A DNA stretch of 64,000 bases from an uncultured Actinomycetota bacterium (lineage in GTDB: Bacteria; Actinomycetota; Actinomycetes; Mycobacteriales; Pseudonocardiaceae), in contig CAVSHL010000011.1 in the NCBI GenBank assembly GCA_963727745.1, positions 644,344 through 708,343 of the forward strand, read 5' to 3'. The notes under the pieces are model-generated. The model was not told the DNA's origin and searched no databases. It saw nothing but the letters and a program-made list of their open reading frames with translations. The translations under genes were made by a program, and so were the position numbers. Each line of letters opens with the position of its first letter. Positions within the stretch are counted from its first letter, which is position 1. Of the stretch, positions 47,594 to 57,937 are shown piece after piece.

Positions 47594-48435
47594 TGCGCGT
47601 CCACCACCTCAACTGCGGAACCATGCGACCCATCGGCGGCGCGCTCATCGACGGCCGACCCGGTCTGTTCCGGCGGGCCACGACGATCTGTCATTGCCTG
47701 CTGCTGGAGACCGACACCGGCCTCGCGCTGATCGAGACCGGGGTCGGCTCGCCAACGGTCGACCGGCCTGACGAATGGCTCGGTTCGCGATTCGTCAGAA
47801 TGGTCAGCCCGGTCAGCGACGACGCGCTGAACGCGACCACCCAGATCCGCGCGCTCGGCCTCGACCCCGCCGACGTGCGCGACATCGTGGTGACCCACCT
47901 CGACCTCGACCACGCGGGCGGACTCGTCGACTTCCCGCAGGCGCGCGTGCACGTCCACGACCGCGAGTTGCAGGCGTTGCAGAACCCGATCGACGCCAAG
48001 GAGCGCACGCGCTACCGGCAGATCCAGTTCGCCCACGGTCCGCAGTGGCGCAGCTACCGCGCCGAGGGCGAGCCGTGGTTCGGGTTCGCGGCCGTCCGCG
48101 AGCTGGACGGGCTGCCCGGGGTCATGCTCGTCCCGCTCACGGGCCACACCCGAGGCCACGCCGGGATCGCCGTCGACACCGGCAACGGCTGGCTGCTGAA
48201 CGCCGGCGATGCGATCTACGCCGACACCCAGCTCGATCCCGGAAAGCCCTACCTCCCGCCTTTGATGGCGCTCTTCGAATCCCGCATGCAGACCGAGAAG
48301 GCGGCGCGCCTGGACAATCAGCGCCGGCTGCGTGAGCTGGCGCGTGACCACAGCGACGAGGTGACCGTCTTCGCCGCGCACGACGTCAATGCCTTCGAGC
48401 GGCTCAGCCGGACGACCCTGCACTCTGAATTGTGA
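47593..48435 (+). CDS. MBL-fold metallo-hydrolase
   Basis: MRVHHLNCG, THLDLDHAGG (HxDxDH), GHTRGH, AGDA, FAAHD; TGATG overlap with TetR. Confidence 0.9.
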   Translation: MRVHHLNCGTMRPIGGALIDGRPGLFRRATTICHCLLLETDTGLALIETGVGSPTVDRPDEWLGSRFVRMVSPVSDDALNATTQIRALGLDPADVRDIVVTHLDLDHAGGLVDFPQARVHVHDRELQALQNPIDAKERTRYRQIQFAHGPQWRSYRAEGEPWFGFAAVRELDGLPGVMLVPLTGHTRGHAGIAVDTGNGWLLNAGDAIYADTQLDPGKPYLPPLMALFESRMQTEKAARLDNQRRLRELARDHSDEVTVFAAHDVNAFERLSRTTLHSEL

Positions 48436-48591
48436 GAATTATTCCACGATTGCCGTCGATCAATGGATGTCCGGTAGACGGAAATCCATTGGTCGGGCGT
48501 CCGACTATGTGAACGTGGGCAGATCCGCGCATGTCAGGCGCGACGAATCCGCGTGTTACGTTGATTCGGCGCCGGCAAGTGGAGGAACCGC

Positions 48592-49647
48592 ATGGAACCC
48601 GTGCAGCTGCTCGGTCCCGACGGAACTCTGAACCCCGATCCCGCATGGCCGCTGGAGATCACTCCCGAGCTGTGCCGGGAGCTGCACCGGCGGATGATGC
48701 TCGCCCGCAGCTTCGACAACGCGGCGCTGGCGCTGCAACGGCAGGGCGAGCTGGGGCTGTGGCTGCAGTCGCTCGGCCAGGAGGCCGCGCAGGTCGGCTC
48801 GATGCTCGCGCTGCGCAGCAGCGACCACGTGTTCCCCAGCTACCGCGAGCAGGCCGCGGCGCTGTGTCGGGGCATCACCCCGGCCGAGCTGCTCGTCCAG
48901 TGGCGGGGCAACGCGCACAGCGGCTGGGATCCGGCGCGCTACCGCTTCCACATCTACACGCTGGTGCTGGCCGCGCAGCTGCCGCACGCCACGGGCTACG
49001 CGATGGGCGTGCAGCGCGACGGCGCCGACGAGATCGTCCTCGCGTACTTCGGCGACGGATCCACCAGCCAGGGCGAGGCCAACGAGGCGTTCAACTGGGC
49101 CGCGGCCGCCGAGGTGCCGCTGCTGTTCTTCTGCCAGAACAACCAGTGGGCGATCTCCACCCCCACCCGGACCCAGATGCGGGCCCCGCTGCACCAGCGG
49201 GCCCGCGGCTTCGGCCTCGACGCCTACGTCGTCGACGGCAACGACGTGCTCGCGGTGCTCGCCGTCACCCGCACCGTTGCGGCGCAGATCCGGGCCGGGG
49301 GTGGCCCGGCGCTGATCGAGGCCGTCACCTACCGCATGGCCGGCCACAGCACGTCCGACGATCCCGGCCGCTACCGCAACCAGAGCGAGCTCGACAGCTG
49401 GACGGCCCGCGACCCGATCGCCCGGCTCGAGGCCCTGCTGGTCGACCGCGGGTGGCTCGACGCGGAGCACCGCGACGAGCTCGTGGCCGAGTGCGAGGCG
49501 CTGGCCGAGGAGACCCGGCGGGTGTGCCGGGAGTTCGGGCCCGTCGACGTCTCCGGGGTGTTCACCTCCGTGCTGGCGGAGCAGACGCAGCTGCTGGCGC
49601 AGGAGCAACGCGACCACGAGGCCCTCGTCGCCTCCTACGAGGACTGA
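48592..49647 (+). CDS. pdhA: 2-oxoacid dehydrogenase E1 alpha subunit
   Basis: LQRQGEL, GQEAAQVG, FPSYRE, GDGSTSQG...NNQWAIS ThDP motif, YRMAGHSTSDDP. Confidence 0.92.
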   Translation: MEPVQLLGPDGTLNPDPAWPLEITPELCRELHRRMMLARSFDNAALALQRQGELGLWLQSLGQEAAQVGSMLALRSSDHVFPSYREQAAALCRGITPAELLVQWRGNAHSGWDPARYRFHIYTLVLAAQLPHATGYAMGVQRDGADEIVLAYFGDGSTSQGEANEAFNWAAAAEVPLLFFCQNNQWAISTPTRTQMRAPLHQRARGFGLDAYVVDGNDVLAVLAVTRTVAAQIRAGGGPALIEAVTYRMAGHSTSDDPGRYRNQSELDSWTARDPIARLEALLVDRGWLDAEHRDELVAECEALAEETRRVCREFGPVDVSGVFTSVLAEQTQLLAQEQRDHEALVASYED

Positions 49648-49655
49648 GGGCCGAC

Positions 49656-50636
49656 ATGTCCGTGCGCACCCTCTCGAAGGCGATCAACACCGGTCTCCGG
49701 CACGCGCTGGAGGACGACCCCAAGGTCGTCGTGATGGGCCAGGACGTCGGCGGCCTCGGCGGCGTCTTCCGCGTCACCGACGGCCTGCAGAAGGACTTCG
49801 GCAGCGAGCGCGTCATCGACACCCCGCTCGCCGAGGCCAGCATCGTCGGCACCGCGATCGGGCTGGCGCTGCGCGGCTACCGGCCGGTCTGCGAGATCCA
49901 GTTCGACGGGTTCGTCTACCCGGCGTTCAGCCAGATCGTCTCCCAGCTGGCCAAGATGCGTGCCCGCAGCAGCGGCCTCCTGTCGATGCCCGTGGTCATC
50001 CGCATCCCCGTCGGGGGCGGCATCGGCGCGGTCGAGCACCACAGCGAGTCCAACGAGGCCTACTTCGCCCACACCGCCGGGCTGCGGGTGGTGTGCTGCT
50101 CGAACCCCGCCGACGCGCACTGGATGCTGCGCCAGGCCGTGCGCAGCGACGACCCCGTGATCTTCTACGAGCCGAAGCGGCGCTACTGGACGAAGGCCGA
50201 GGTCGACGAGTCCGCCGCCGCGCGCGTCCTGCCGCTCGACCGGGCCCGGATCGCCCGCGCCGGCCGCGACCTCACCCTGCTCACCTACGGCGGCATGGTG
50301 CAGACCTGCCTGGACGCGGCCGAGGCGGCCACCGCGGACGGCCGCGACATCGAGGTCGTCGACCTGCGCACGCTGTCGCCGCTGGACCTCGACACCATCA
50401 CCGCGTCGGTGTCGCGCACCGGCCGCTGCGTGGTCGCCCACGAGGCGCCCACCTTCGCCGGGCTCGGCGCGGAGATCGGCTCCGCGGTCACCGAGCGCTG
50501 CTTCTACCGGCTCGAAGCGCCGGTGTTGCGGGTAGGCGGTTTCAACACCCCCTACCCGCCGTCGAAGGTCGAGGACCAGTACCTGCCGGACCTCGACCGG
50601 GTCCTAGACACCGTCGACCGAGCCTTTGCCTACTGA
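49656..50636 (+). CDS. pdhB: 2-oxoacid dehydrogenase E1 beta subunit
   Basis: GQDVG..GGVFRVTDGL, DTPLAE, EIQFDGF, EHHSES, EVVDLRTLSPLD. Confidence 0.92.
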   Translation: MSVRTLSKAINTGLRHALEDDPKVVVMGQDVGGLGGVFRVTDGLQKDFGSERVIDTPLAEASIVGTAIGLALRGYRPVCEIQFDGFVYPAFSQIVSQLAKMRARSSGLLSMPVVIRIPVGGGIGAVEHHSESNEAYFAHTAGLRVVCCSNPADAHWMLRQAVRSDDPVIFYEPKRRYWTKAEVDESAAARVLPLDRARIARAGRDLTLLTYGGMVQTCLDAAEAATADGRDIEVVDLRTLSPLDLDTITASVSRTGRCVVAHEAPTFAGLGAEIGSAVTERCFYRLEAPVLRVGGFNTPYPPSKVEDQYLPDLDRVLDTVDRAFAY

Positions 50637-51223
50637 CCGTAGATGTGCACGGTCGGCCGGTAGACCAGCTCCTGGATGTTGCCGTCGAGCGTCCGCTGCT
50701 CGAGCAGCTCGAGGTCGAAGTCGCCCGCGCCACCGAACACCGGATCCGTTCCCGACCTGCCGGTGATCACCGGGAAGACCGTCACCTGGACGCGGTCGAC
50801 CAGGCCCGCGGCCAGCAGCGCCCAGTTCAGCGACAGGCTGCCGTGCGAGCGCAGCGGCACGTCGGACTCCTCCTTCAACCGGCCGACGACGTCGACCGCA
50901 TCGCCGCGCAGGACGGTCGCGTCCGGCCAGTCGAGCGGGCCCTCCAGCGTGGACGACACCACCGTCATCGGCAGGCTCCGCATCCGGTCGACCCACGGGT
51001 CGCGCACGTCGGACTCCTCGGTGCTCTCGGCCATCATCGCCACGAACTGCCGGAACGTGGTGGCCCCGAAGACCATCCGGTGCTCCGCGTCGAACGAGGC
51101 GAGCCGGTGGTCGAGCAGCTCAGGGCCTTGCTTGCCCCAGTAGCCACCCCAGTCGCCGTCGCCGCCGTAGGAGCCGTAGCCGTCGAGGCTGGAGAAGACG
51201 TCGAAGGTGTAGGTCGCGGTCAT
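50630..51223 (-). CDS. Dihydrofolate reductase/RibD C-terminal family protein
   Basis: DVFSSLDG, VFGATTF, SHGSLSL..LLAAGLVDR..VFPVITG. Confidence 0.85.
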   Translation of the reverse strand: MTATYTFDVFSSLDGYGSYGGDGDWGGYWGKQGPELLDHRLASFDAEHRMVFGATTFRQFVAMMAESTEESDVRDPWVDRMRSLPMTVVSSTLEGPLDWPDATVLRGDAVDVVGRLKEESDVPLRSHGSLSLNWALLAAGLVDRVQVTVFPVITGRSGTDPVFGGAGDFDLELLEQRTLDGNIQELVYRPTVHIYGQ

Positions 51224-51305
51224 GGGGACCTCCCGGTGGATGGCGGACCGGCCCGTTGCCGGTCCCTCACCCTCACTACGAACGGGCGCGCCCCCGTTCG
51301 ACACG

Positions 51306-51881
51306 TCACGGCAGGACGGTCGCCTTCTGCCAGCCGTCGCCGTGACGCACGTACCGGGTCCTGGCCGCCGGGGCGTCCGGTCCCTGGCTGCGCCACAGCT
51401 CGATGCGGACGGGAGTGAGGGCGAAGGTGGTCCAGGTCGGGGGAGCGGGCGCCTCGGGAGCCTCGGCGAACGCCCGTTCCGCCGCGCCCGGCTCGACGGC
51501 CTGCAACGGCCCGGTCTGGCTCGGCAGCAGCGCGTCGTAGACCCAGGCCAGGCGGCGCAGCTGCGCCGGACGCTCCCCGAACGCGGCCTCGGTGGCGTCG
51601 CGGTCCAGCTCGGCGACGGGCCCGCCGACCACGGCCTGGCGGCCCAGCGCCGGCCACAGGAACACCCCCGACGCCTGCGGGTGCGCGGCGAGGTCGCGGG
51701 TCTTCTGCGTGGGCGCGGACGTGTGGAACCGCAACGCACCCTCCACGATCCCCGTGACCAGCACAGTGCGGGCGTGCGGTGCGCCGTCCGGCCCGACGGT
51801 CGCCAGCACCATCGCCGGATCGCCCCCGCCCGTCTCCGCGATCCAGCCGGCGAGCAGGGCGATCGGATCCTCAGCCGTCAT
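51306..51881 (-). CDS. Pyridoxamine 5'-phosphate oxidase-like FMN-binding protein
   Basis: AMVLATV..DG.PHARTVL, F.W..LGRQ, RIELW, RTRY motifs. Confidence 0.8.
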   Translation of the reverse strand: MTAEDPIALLAGWIAETGGGDPAMVLATVGPDGAPHARTVLVTGIVEGALRFHTSAPTQKTRDLAAHPQASGVFLWPALGRQAVVGGPVAELDRDATEAAFGERPAQLRRLAWVYDALLPSQTGPLQAVEPGAAERAFAEAPEAPAPPTWTTFALTPVRIELWRSQGPDAPAARTRYVRHGDGWQKATVLP

Positions 51882-52437
51882 GGTGGATCACCAGCAGCAC
51901 GCACGTCTCGTCGCCGACCTGGCGGTAGCGGTGCTCGGCCCCGGCGGGGCAGGTGAGGGTGTCGCGGGGACGCAGCGTGGCGCGCGTGCGCCGGTCGGTC
52001 TCGCGGACCTCCACCTCGACGGTGCCGCGCGCCACGTAGAGCAGCTCGGCCCGCTCGTGCGTGAAGTACTCCTCCTCGAACTCGCGGGGCAGCCCGACGA
52101 ACTCGGTGACGTCCACGCCGGTGGGGTCGTGCAGCAGCAGGCGCGCCCCGCCGTCGCGCACGGCGACGAGCTCGGCGCCCGCGCCCCGCACCGGCGTGGA
52201 GCCGGCCTCGGGCTGGGCCGCCGCAGCCAGCAGCGCCTGCTGGGTGGTGCCCAGCGCTACGGCGATGCGGTGCAGCGAGCGCATCGACGGGCGGGCCCGG
52301 CCGAGTTCCAACTGTGACAGGAACGGTTGGGAGAGCTGCGCGGCCGCGGCGACCTGCGTGAGCGTCATGCGACGGGCTTTGCGCGCAGCACGCAGCGCCT
52401 GTCCCAGACGTTGCTCAGCGTCCCTGTTCCACGGCAT
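51871..52437 (-). CDS. XRE-HTH + cupin regulator
   Basis: LRAARKARRMTL..VA..LSQPFLSQLELG..PSM; FTHERAELLYV..G.VEV cupin. Confidence 0.88.
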   Translation of the reverse strand: MPWNRDAEQRLGQALRAARKARRMTLTQVAAAAQLSQPFLSQLELGRARPSMRSLHRIAVALGTTQQALLAAAAQPEAGSTPVRGAGAELVAVRDGGARLLLHDPTGVDVTEFVGLPREFEEEYFTHERAELLYVARGTVEVEVRETDRRTRATLRPRDTLTCPAGAEHRYRQVGDETCVLLVIHHDG

Positions 52438-52533
52438 CGTTCACACACCAGACCCACTCGGACACGTAGTCGCAACGCGCGGTACCTACCGTCGCCTGCA
52501 ATAGTACTGTCCTCAATATTTCCCAGGTGAAAC

Positions 52534-53817
52534 GTGACGGTTGCAGCTCTCGGAAGTCCTCGGTCCGCCCCCCGCCTCGCGGGCACGGCGATAGCGGTGC
52601 TGCGCGGCGTGCGCCGGGCCGACGGCACGATCGGTGATCTTGCCGTGCGGGACGGGCTGATCGTTGCCGACGTGTCCGACGCCGGGGAGGGCGCCGATCT
52701 CGACGCCACCGGATGGCAGGCGCTGCCGGCCGGCTGCGAGCCGCACGCCCACCTGGACAAGGCGCTGTCAGCGGACCGGCTCGGGCCTACCCGGGACAAC
52801 GACCTGATGTCGGCGATCGAGCAGTGGTGCGCGCACCGGCCCGTGGTCGACGCCGCGGACGTGCACGCGCGGGGCCGCGCTGCGCTGGACCGCTACGCCG
52901 CGCGCGGCATCACCGCGGTGCGGTCGCACGTCGATCTCCCCACCGAGGGCGACCCGTTCCGCGGGGTCGACGCGCTCGTCGCGCTCCGCGAGGAGGTGCG
53001 CGAGCGCATCACGCTGCAGGTCTGCCTGCTGTACGGCCCCGACACCCCCGACGACGTGCTGGCCGAGGCCGCCATCCGCGGCGTCGACGTGGTCGGCGGC
53101 TGCCCGCACATCGGGCCCGATCCGCGTCGCGAGATCACCCGGGCGCTGGACGTGGCGCAGCGCCACGGCCTGCCCGTCGACCTGCACTGCGACGAGCAGA
53201 CGAGCCTGCCCGCCGACGACGCGGAGCTCGACGTGGTGGAGCTGGCCAGGCAGGTGCTCGACCGCGGGATCACCGTGCCCGTCACGGCGAGCCACGTGGT
53301 GCGCCTGGGCATGCTGCCGCCGCAGCGGCTGGCACCGGTGGTGGCGCTGATCCGGCGGGCCGGCATCGGGATCGTCACCCTGCCGATCACGAACCTGTAC
53401 CTGATGGGCCGCGACTTCGACCACGCGATGCCCCGCGGGCTCACCGCCGTGCGCGCATTGCTGGACGCCGGTGTCACCGTCGCCGCCGGTGGCGACAACC
53501 TGCGTGACCCGTTCAATCCCGCGGGCCGCGCCGACCCGTTCGAGACGACGTCGTTGCTGATGACGGCCGCGCACCTGCGCGGAGACGAGGCGCTGCACGC
53601 GGTGACCGCGGCGGGCCGGCAGCTGCTGGGCCTGCCACCTGCGGGAACGGCGCCGGGCGAGGTCGCGGACCTCGTGCTCGTGCCGGACGGTCCGATCGGC
53701 GACGTGCTCGCCGGGGCCGTCGACACCCGCGTCGTCCTGCGGGCAGGCATGATCATCGCCGAGACCCGCGTGGCGACCGACGTCGCACTCGACCCGACCC
53801 CGCTGGAGGTCCCATGA
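52534..53817 (+). CDS. Amidohydrolase, cytosine/pterin deaminase-like
   Basis: EPHAHLDKA (HxH), VRSHVD, DLHCDE, ASH, GGDNLRDPF. Confidence 0.88.
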   Translation: MTVAALGSPRSAPRLAGTAIAVLRGVRRADGTIGDLAVRDGLIVADVSDAGEGADLDATGWQALPAGCEPHAHLDKALSADRLGPTRDNDLMSAIEQWCAHRPVVDAADVHARGRAALDRYAARGITAVRSHVDLPTEGDPFRGVDALVALREEVRERITLQVCLLYGPDTPDDVLAEAAIRGVDVVGGCPHIGPDPRREITRALDVAQRHGLPVDLHCDEQTSLPADDAELDVVELARQVLDRGITVPVTASHVVRLGMLPPQRLAPVVALIRRAGIGIVTLPITNLYLMGRDFDHAMPRGLTAVRALLDAGVTVAAGGDNLRDPFNPAGRADPFETTSLLMTAAHLRGDEALHAVTAAGRQLLGLPPAGTAPGEVADLVLVPDGPIGDVLAGAVDTRVVLRAGMIIAETRVATDVALDPTPLEVP

Positions 53818-54563
53818 CCAGCACCGAGAAGAAGAGCGCCGCGCTGACGCTGGACGGCGTCGGCAAGACGTTCCCGACCGGCACCGTGGCGCTCACCGAC
53901 GTGAGCCTGACCCTGCGGCCCGGCGACTTCACGACCGTCGTCGGCCCGTCGGGCTGCGGCAAGTCGACGCTGCTGCGGCTGGCGTCCGGTCTGGAGCGGA
54001 CGACGACCGGATCCGTGACCGTGGCCGCGAGCTCCACCAGCTACGTCTTCCAGGACCCGACGCTGCTGGAGTGGCGCACCGCGGCCCGCAACGTCGAGCT
54101 GGTGCCGGAGCTGCGCGGCATGTCCAAGCAGGTGCGGCAGGCGCGGGCCGCGGAGATGCTGGAGCTGGTCGGCCTGTCGGGCTTCGCCGACCAGCATCCC
54201 CGGCAGCTCTCCGGCGGCATGCGCATGCGGGTGTCGATCGCGCGGGCGCTCGTCGCCGAACCCGATCTGGCGCTCTTCGACGAGCCGTTCGGTGCGCTCG
54301 ACGAGATCACGCGGTTGCAGATGCAGACCGAGCTGCAGCGGCTGTTCGTGCTCAAGCGGTTCGCCGGGCTGTTCATCACGCACTCGGTGTCGGAGGCGGT
54401 GTACCTGTCCAACCGGGTGCTCGTGATGAGCGGGCGGCCCGGCCGCATCGTCGCCGACATCGCGGTGCCGTGGGAGTACCCGCGCTCGCCGGAGCTGCGC
54501 TACTCGCCGGAGTTCGCGACCTTGACCGGACGGGTCTCGCACGCGCTGGGGGAGCACTCATGA
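53814..54563 (+). CDS. NitT/TauT-type ABC ATP-binding protein
   Basis: GPSGCGKST, LSGGMRMR, LFDEPFGALD. Confidence 0.92.
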   Translation: MTSTEKKSAALTLDGVGKTFPTGTVALTDVSLTLRPGDFTTVVGPSGCGKSTLLRLASGLERTTTGSVTVAASSTSYVFQDPTLLEWRTAARNVELVPELRGMSKQVRQARAAEMLELVGLSGFADQHPRQLSGGMRMRVSIARALVAEPDLALFDEPFGALDEITRLQMQTELQRLFVLKRFAGLFITHSVSEAVYLSNRVLVMSGRPGRIVADIAVPWEYPRSPELRYSPEFATLTGRVSHALGEHS

Positions 54564-55426
54564 CAGAACTCGCCACCCCTCCCGCCACCCTGCCGCCCGC
54601 TGCCGAGCCGGTCGCGCCCGGCCGCCGCACCCCGTGGTGGCGCGCCGCGCTGCGGCGCTCGGTCCCGATCGTCGCGGCGCTCGTCGGCATCGCCGCGCTC
54701 TGGTACCTGGTCACGTACGCGGTGCTGCCCCCGTCGCAGCGGTTCCTGCTGCCGCCGCCGCACGAGGCGTACGGCGTCGCGCTGTCCAACCCGTCCATCA
54801 TCGGCCCGATGCTGGAGGCGCTGTGGCGCAGCATCGCCGTCGCGATCGTCGGGCTGGTCATCGCCGTGGTGATCGGGATCGGCTGGGCCACGGTGATGTC
54901 GCAGTGGAGCTGGGCGGAGAAGATCCTCTACCCGTACGCGGTGATCCTGCAGACCATCCCGATCCTCGCGCTGGTGCCGCTGATCGGCATCTGGATGGGG
55001 TACTCGTTCGCCGCCCGCGTGACTGTGGCGGTGATCATCGCGGTGTTCCCGATGATCTCCAACACGTTCTTCGGGCTGCAGTCGGCCACCGCCGCGGCGC
55101 ACGACCTCATGACCCTGAACAAGGCCACCCGCTGGCAGCGGCTGGTCAAGCTGGAGTTCCCGGCCGCCGTGCCGGCCATGTTCACCGGGCTGCGCACCGC
55201 CGCGGGCCTGGCCGTCATCGGCGCCATCGTCGGTGACTTCTTCTTCCAACAGGGTGCCCCCGGCATCGGTTCGCTGCTGCGCGTGTACACGCAGCGGCTG
55301 TCGATGGAGGCCCTGCTCACCGCGGTCACGTTCACGGCGCTGTTCGGCGTCGTGTTCTTCACCGCGTTCGCCGTGCTCGACCGGGCCGTGGTCGGGCGCT
55401 GGTACGGCTCCACCGGCAAGCGCTGA
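54560..55426 (+). CDS. NitT/TauT-type ABC permease
   Basis: LLPPP, LQTIPILALVPL, EFPAAVPAMFTGL, GAIVGDF; ATGA overlap. Confidence 0.9.
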   Translation: MTELATPPATLPPAAEPVAPGRRTPWWRAALRRSVPIVAALVGIAALWYLVTYAVLPPSQRFLLPPPHEAYGVALSNPSIIGPMLEALWRSIAVAIVGLVIAVVIGIGWATVMSQWSWAEKILYPYAVILQTIPILALVPLIGIWMGYSFAARVTVAVIIAVFPMISNTFFGLQSATAAAHDLMTLNKATRWQRLVKLEFPAAVPAMFTGLRTAAGLAVIGAIVGDFFFQQGAPGIGSLLRVYTQRLSMEALLTAVTFTALFGVVFFTAFAVLDRAVVGRWYGSTGKR

Positions 55427-55442
55427 ACACCGAGGAGAACCC

Positions 55443-56609
55443 GTGACCACCCGCCTCCCCGCCATCGCCGCCGCTGCCGCGGCGACGCTGCTGCTCGCCG
55501 CCTGCGGTGGCGGCACCACCGCCCCCGCCGCAGCACCGGGTGCCCCGGCCGCGCCCGCCGGTGGCCCGCTCGAGCTCAAGGGCGCCTGCCCCGACACCGT
55601 CGTGATGCAGCAGGACTGGCAGCCAGAGTCCGAGCACGGGGCGATGTACTCGCTCGTCGGCCCCGGCTACACGGTCGACACCGACACCAAGGCCGTCACC
55701 GGCCCGCTCGTCGCCCAGGGCGTCGACACCGGGGTGAAGGTGCAGGTCCGCTCCGGTGGCCCCAACACCGGCTTCCAGCCCATGACCGCCCTGCTCTACA
55801 CCGATGACGCGATCACGGTCGCCGTGGTCAACACCGACGACGCGATCGTGGGCGCGAGCAAGGGCCGCCCCACCGTCGCCGTCACGTCGCAGATGACGGT
55901 GAGCCCGCAGATCCTCATGTGGGACCCGGCCTCGCACCCCGGCGCGACGACCATCAAGGAGGTCGCCGCGGCCGGCGTCCCGGTGCTGACCTCCGGCGAG
56001 GTCATCCCGGCGCTGCTGGAGCAGCAGGGGATCATGACGAAGGCGCAGAGCGACCAGAGCTACGACTCGTCGCCGTCGCGGTTCGTGTCGGACCCGAAGA
56101 TCCTCCAGCAGGGCTTCGCGACGGCCGAGCCGTACCTCTACGGCAACGAGATCGCGCAGTGGAAGAAGCCGGTGGCGGCGGAGCCGCTGTCGAACTACGG
56201 CTACTCGATCTACCCCGAGCCGGTGGCCGTGCGCGCCGACAAGCTGAGCGCGCTCACCCCGTGCCTGAAGAAGCTGGTGCCGATCATGCAGCGGGCCCAG
56301 ATCGACTTCCTGAAGAACCCCGGCCCGACGAACGACCTGATCGTGACGCTCGTCGACAAGTACCAGACGGGCTGGTCGTACTCCCGCGGCGTCGCGGACT
56401 TCTCCGTGAAGACGCAGCTGGAGGGCAAGTTCGTGACCAATGACCCGGCGTCCGGGGTGTTCGGGAAGTTCGACCCGAAGCGGATCGCCGACACCGTGAC
56501 GCGCTTCGCGCCGCTGCTCACCGCGGCCGGCACGCTCACCGGCCCGGCGCCCGCGCCGGAGTCGATCTACACGAACCAGTTCATCGACGACTCGATCAAG
56601 ATGTCATGA
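55443..56609 (+). CDS. NitT/TauT (NMT1-like) ABC substrate-binding lipoprotein
   Basis: Lipobox LAAC, DWQPESEHG, QQGFATAEP; GGAG RBS before GTG 55443. Confidence 0.85.
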   Translation: MTTRLPAIAAAAAATLLLAACGGGTTAPAAAPGAPAAPAGGPLELKGACPDTVVMQQDWQPESEHGAMYSLVGPGYTVDTDTKAVTGPLVAQGVDTGVKVQVRSGGPNTGFQPMTALLYTDDAITVAVVNTDDAIVGASKGRPTVAVTSQMTVSPQILMWDPASHPGATTIKEVAAAGVPVLTSGEVIPALLEQQGIMTKAQSDQSYDSSPSRFVSDPKILQQGFATAEPYLYGNEIAQWKKPVAAEPLSNYGYSIYPEPVAVRADKLSALTPCLKKLVPIMQRAQIDFLKNPGPTNDLIVTLVDKYQTGWSYSRGVADFSVKTQLEGKFVTNDPASGVFGKFDPKRIADTVTRFAPLLTAAGTLTGPAPAPESIYTNQFIDDSIKMS

Positions 56610-57937
56610 CTGATACCGAAGCGGCGTGTGCCGAGATCACCCGGCGCGGGGCCGGGCAGGTGGTGCTCGACGAGGCGCAGCGGCTGAAGGCGTCGTCGGA
56701 CTGGTCGCGGATGTCGCCGGTGCTGGCCGAGAAGGTCCCACCCGGCCGCTACGTCGCCGACGCGGTGGTGCGCCCGGCCACCGGGCAGGACGTCGCGACG
56801 ATCCTGCAGGTGGCCTTCGAGCACGACGTGCCCGTCACCCCGCGTGGCGCCGGCACCGGCAACTACGGCCAGGCCACACCGTTCGACGGCGGGATCCTGC
56901 TGGACCTGCGCCCGCTCACCGACGTCGCGATCGGGGAGGACACCGTCACTGTCGGCGCCGGGGTGCGGTTCTCCGCCGTCGACAAGGTGCTGCGCCCGGC
57001 GGGGCGCGACATCTGGATGTTCCCGTCCACCAAGACCTCGACGATCGGCGGCTTCGTCGGCGGGGGCAGCGCCGGCACCGGCTCGATCGAGCACGGCACG
57101 TCGTCGGACGGGTTCGTGGTGTCGGCGACGATCGCGCCGTGCGACGGCAGCGGCGAGCTGTTCACGGTGCGCGGCGCCGATCTCGCGCCGTACATCCACA
57201 CGTACGGCGTGACCGGGGTGCTGGTCGAGGTGGAGGTGCGCACCGACCCGGCCAGGGAGTGGGTCTCCGTCTACGCGGCGTACGACTCCTACGCCGGGCT
57301 CGCGGCCGGGCTGGCCGCGATGGCGGACGTGCGACCGCTGCCGCGGCTGGTCTCTGGCGACGAGCCGCCGCTGGTGGCGAGCCTGCCCGCGTCGGTCCCG
57401 CTCGACCCGGAGTCGTTCAGCCTGCGGATCATCGCCGAACAGACGTCGATGGAGCAGGTGCGCGACGCCGTCGCGCAGACCGGCGGCACGATCGTCGGCG
57501 AGCTCACCGACTACGTGGAGGGCGACCGCCTCTCCGGCATGTCGTACAACCACCCGGTCTGGTTCTTCCAGCGCGCGCACCCGGACGAGACGTGGTTCCA
57601 CATGGAGACCTCGGGGCAGGTCGTCGTCGACGATCCCGCGGCCGTCCGCGCGCTCTACGACGGCCCGGTCTACCTGCACCTCGAGCAGTTCGCGCGCGGC
57701 CCCGGCGGCATGCTCGTCGCCGGGTACACGGGTGAGGACGCGGTGCTCGCCGGCATGCCGCGGATGGACGAGATCGGGCTGGGCGTGCACTCCCCGCACC
57801 AGTGGTACGTCGACCGCAACGTGGAGTTGGCCATCGAGACGGCTCGCCGCACGGACCCGAAGGGCCTGCTCAACCGCGGGAAGCTGGTGGCCACCCCGCC
57901 GGTGGACACGCGGGTGAACATCGGGGTGCGCTCGTGA
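56606..57937 (+). CDS. FAD-binding (PCMH/VAO-type) oxidoreductase
   Basis: VTPRGAGTGNYGQ, STIGGFVGGGS.G.GS, HTYGVTG, C-terminal DPKGLLNRGK. Confidence 0.88.
   Translation: MTDTEAACAEITRRGAGQVVLDEAQRLKASSDWSRMSPVLAEKVPPGRYVADAVVRPATGQDVATILQVAFEHDVPVTPRGAGTGNYGQATPFDGGILLDLRPLTDVAIGEDTVTVGAGVRFSAVDKVLRPAGRDIWMFPSTKTSTIGGFVGGGSAGTGSIEHGTSSDGFVVSATIAPCDGSGELFTVRGADLAPYIHTYGVTGVLVEVEVRTDPAREWVSVYAAYDSYAGLAAGLAAMADVRPLPRLVSGDEPPLVASLPASVPLDPESFSLRIIAEQTSMEQVRDAVAQTGGTIVGELTDYVEGDRLSGMSYNHPVWFFQRAHPDETWFHMETSGQVVVDDPAAVRALYDGPVYLHLEQFARGPGGMLVAGYTGEDAVLAGMPRMDEIGLGVHSPHQWYVDRNVELAIETARRTDPKGLLNRGKLVATPPVDTRVNIGVRS

Noticed and set aside
48427-48445. AATTGTGAG resembling the lac operator
   Set aside because: Only 9 bp match with no second half-site; AT-rich promoter/stop-codon DNA by chance.
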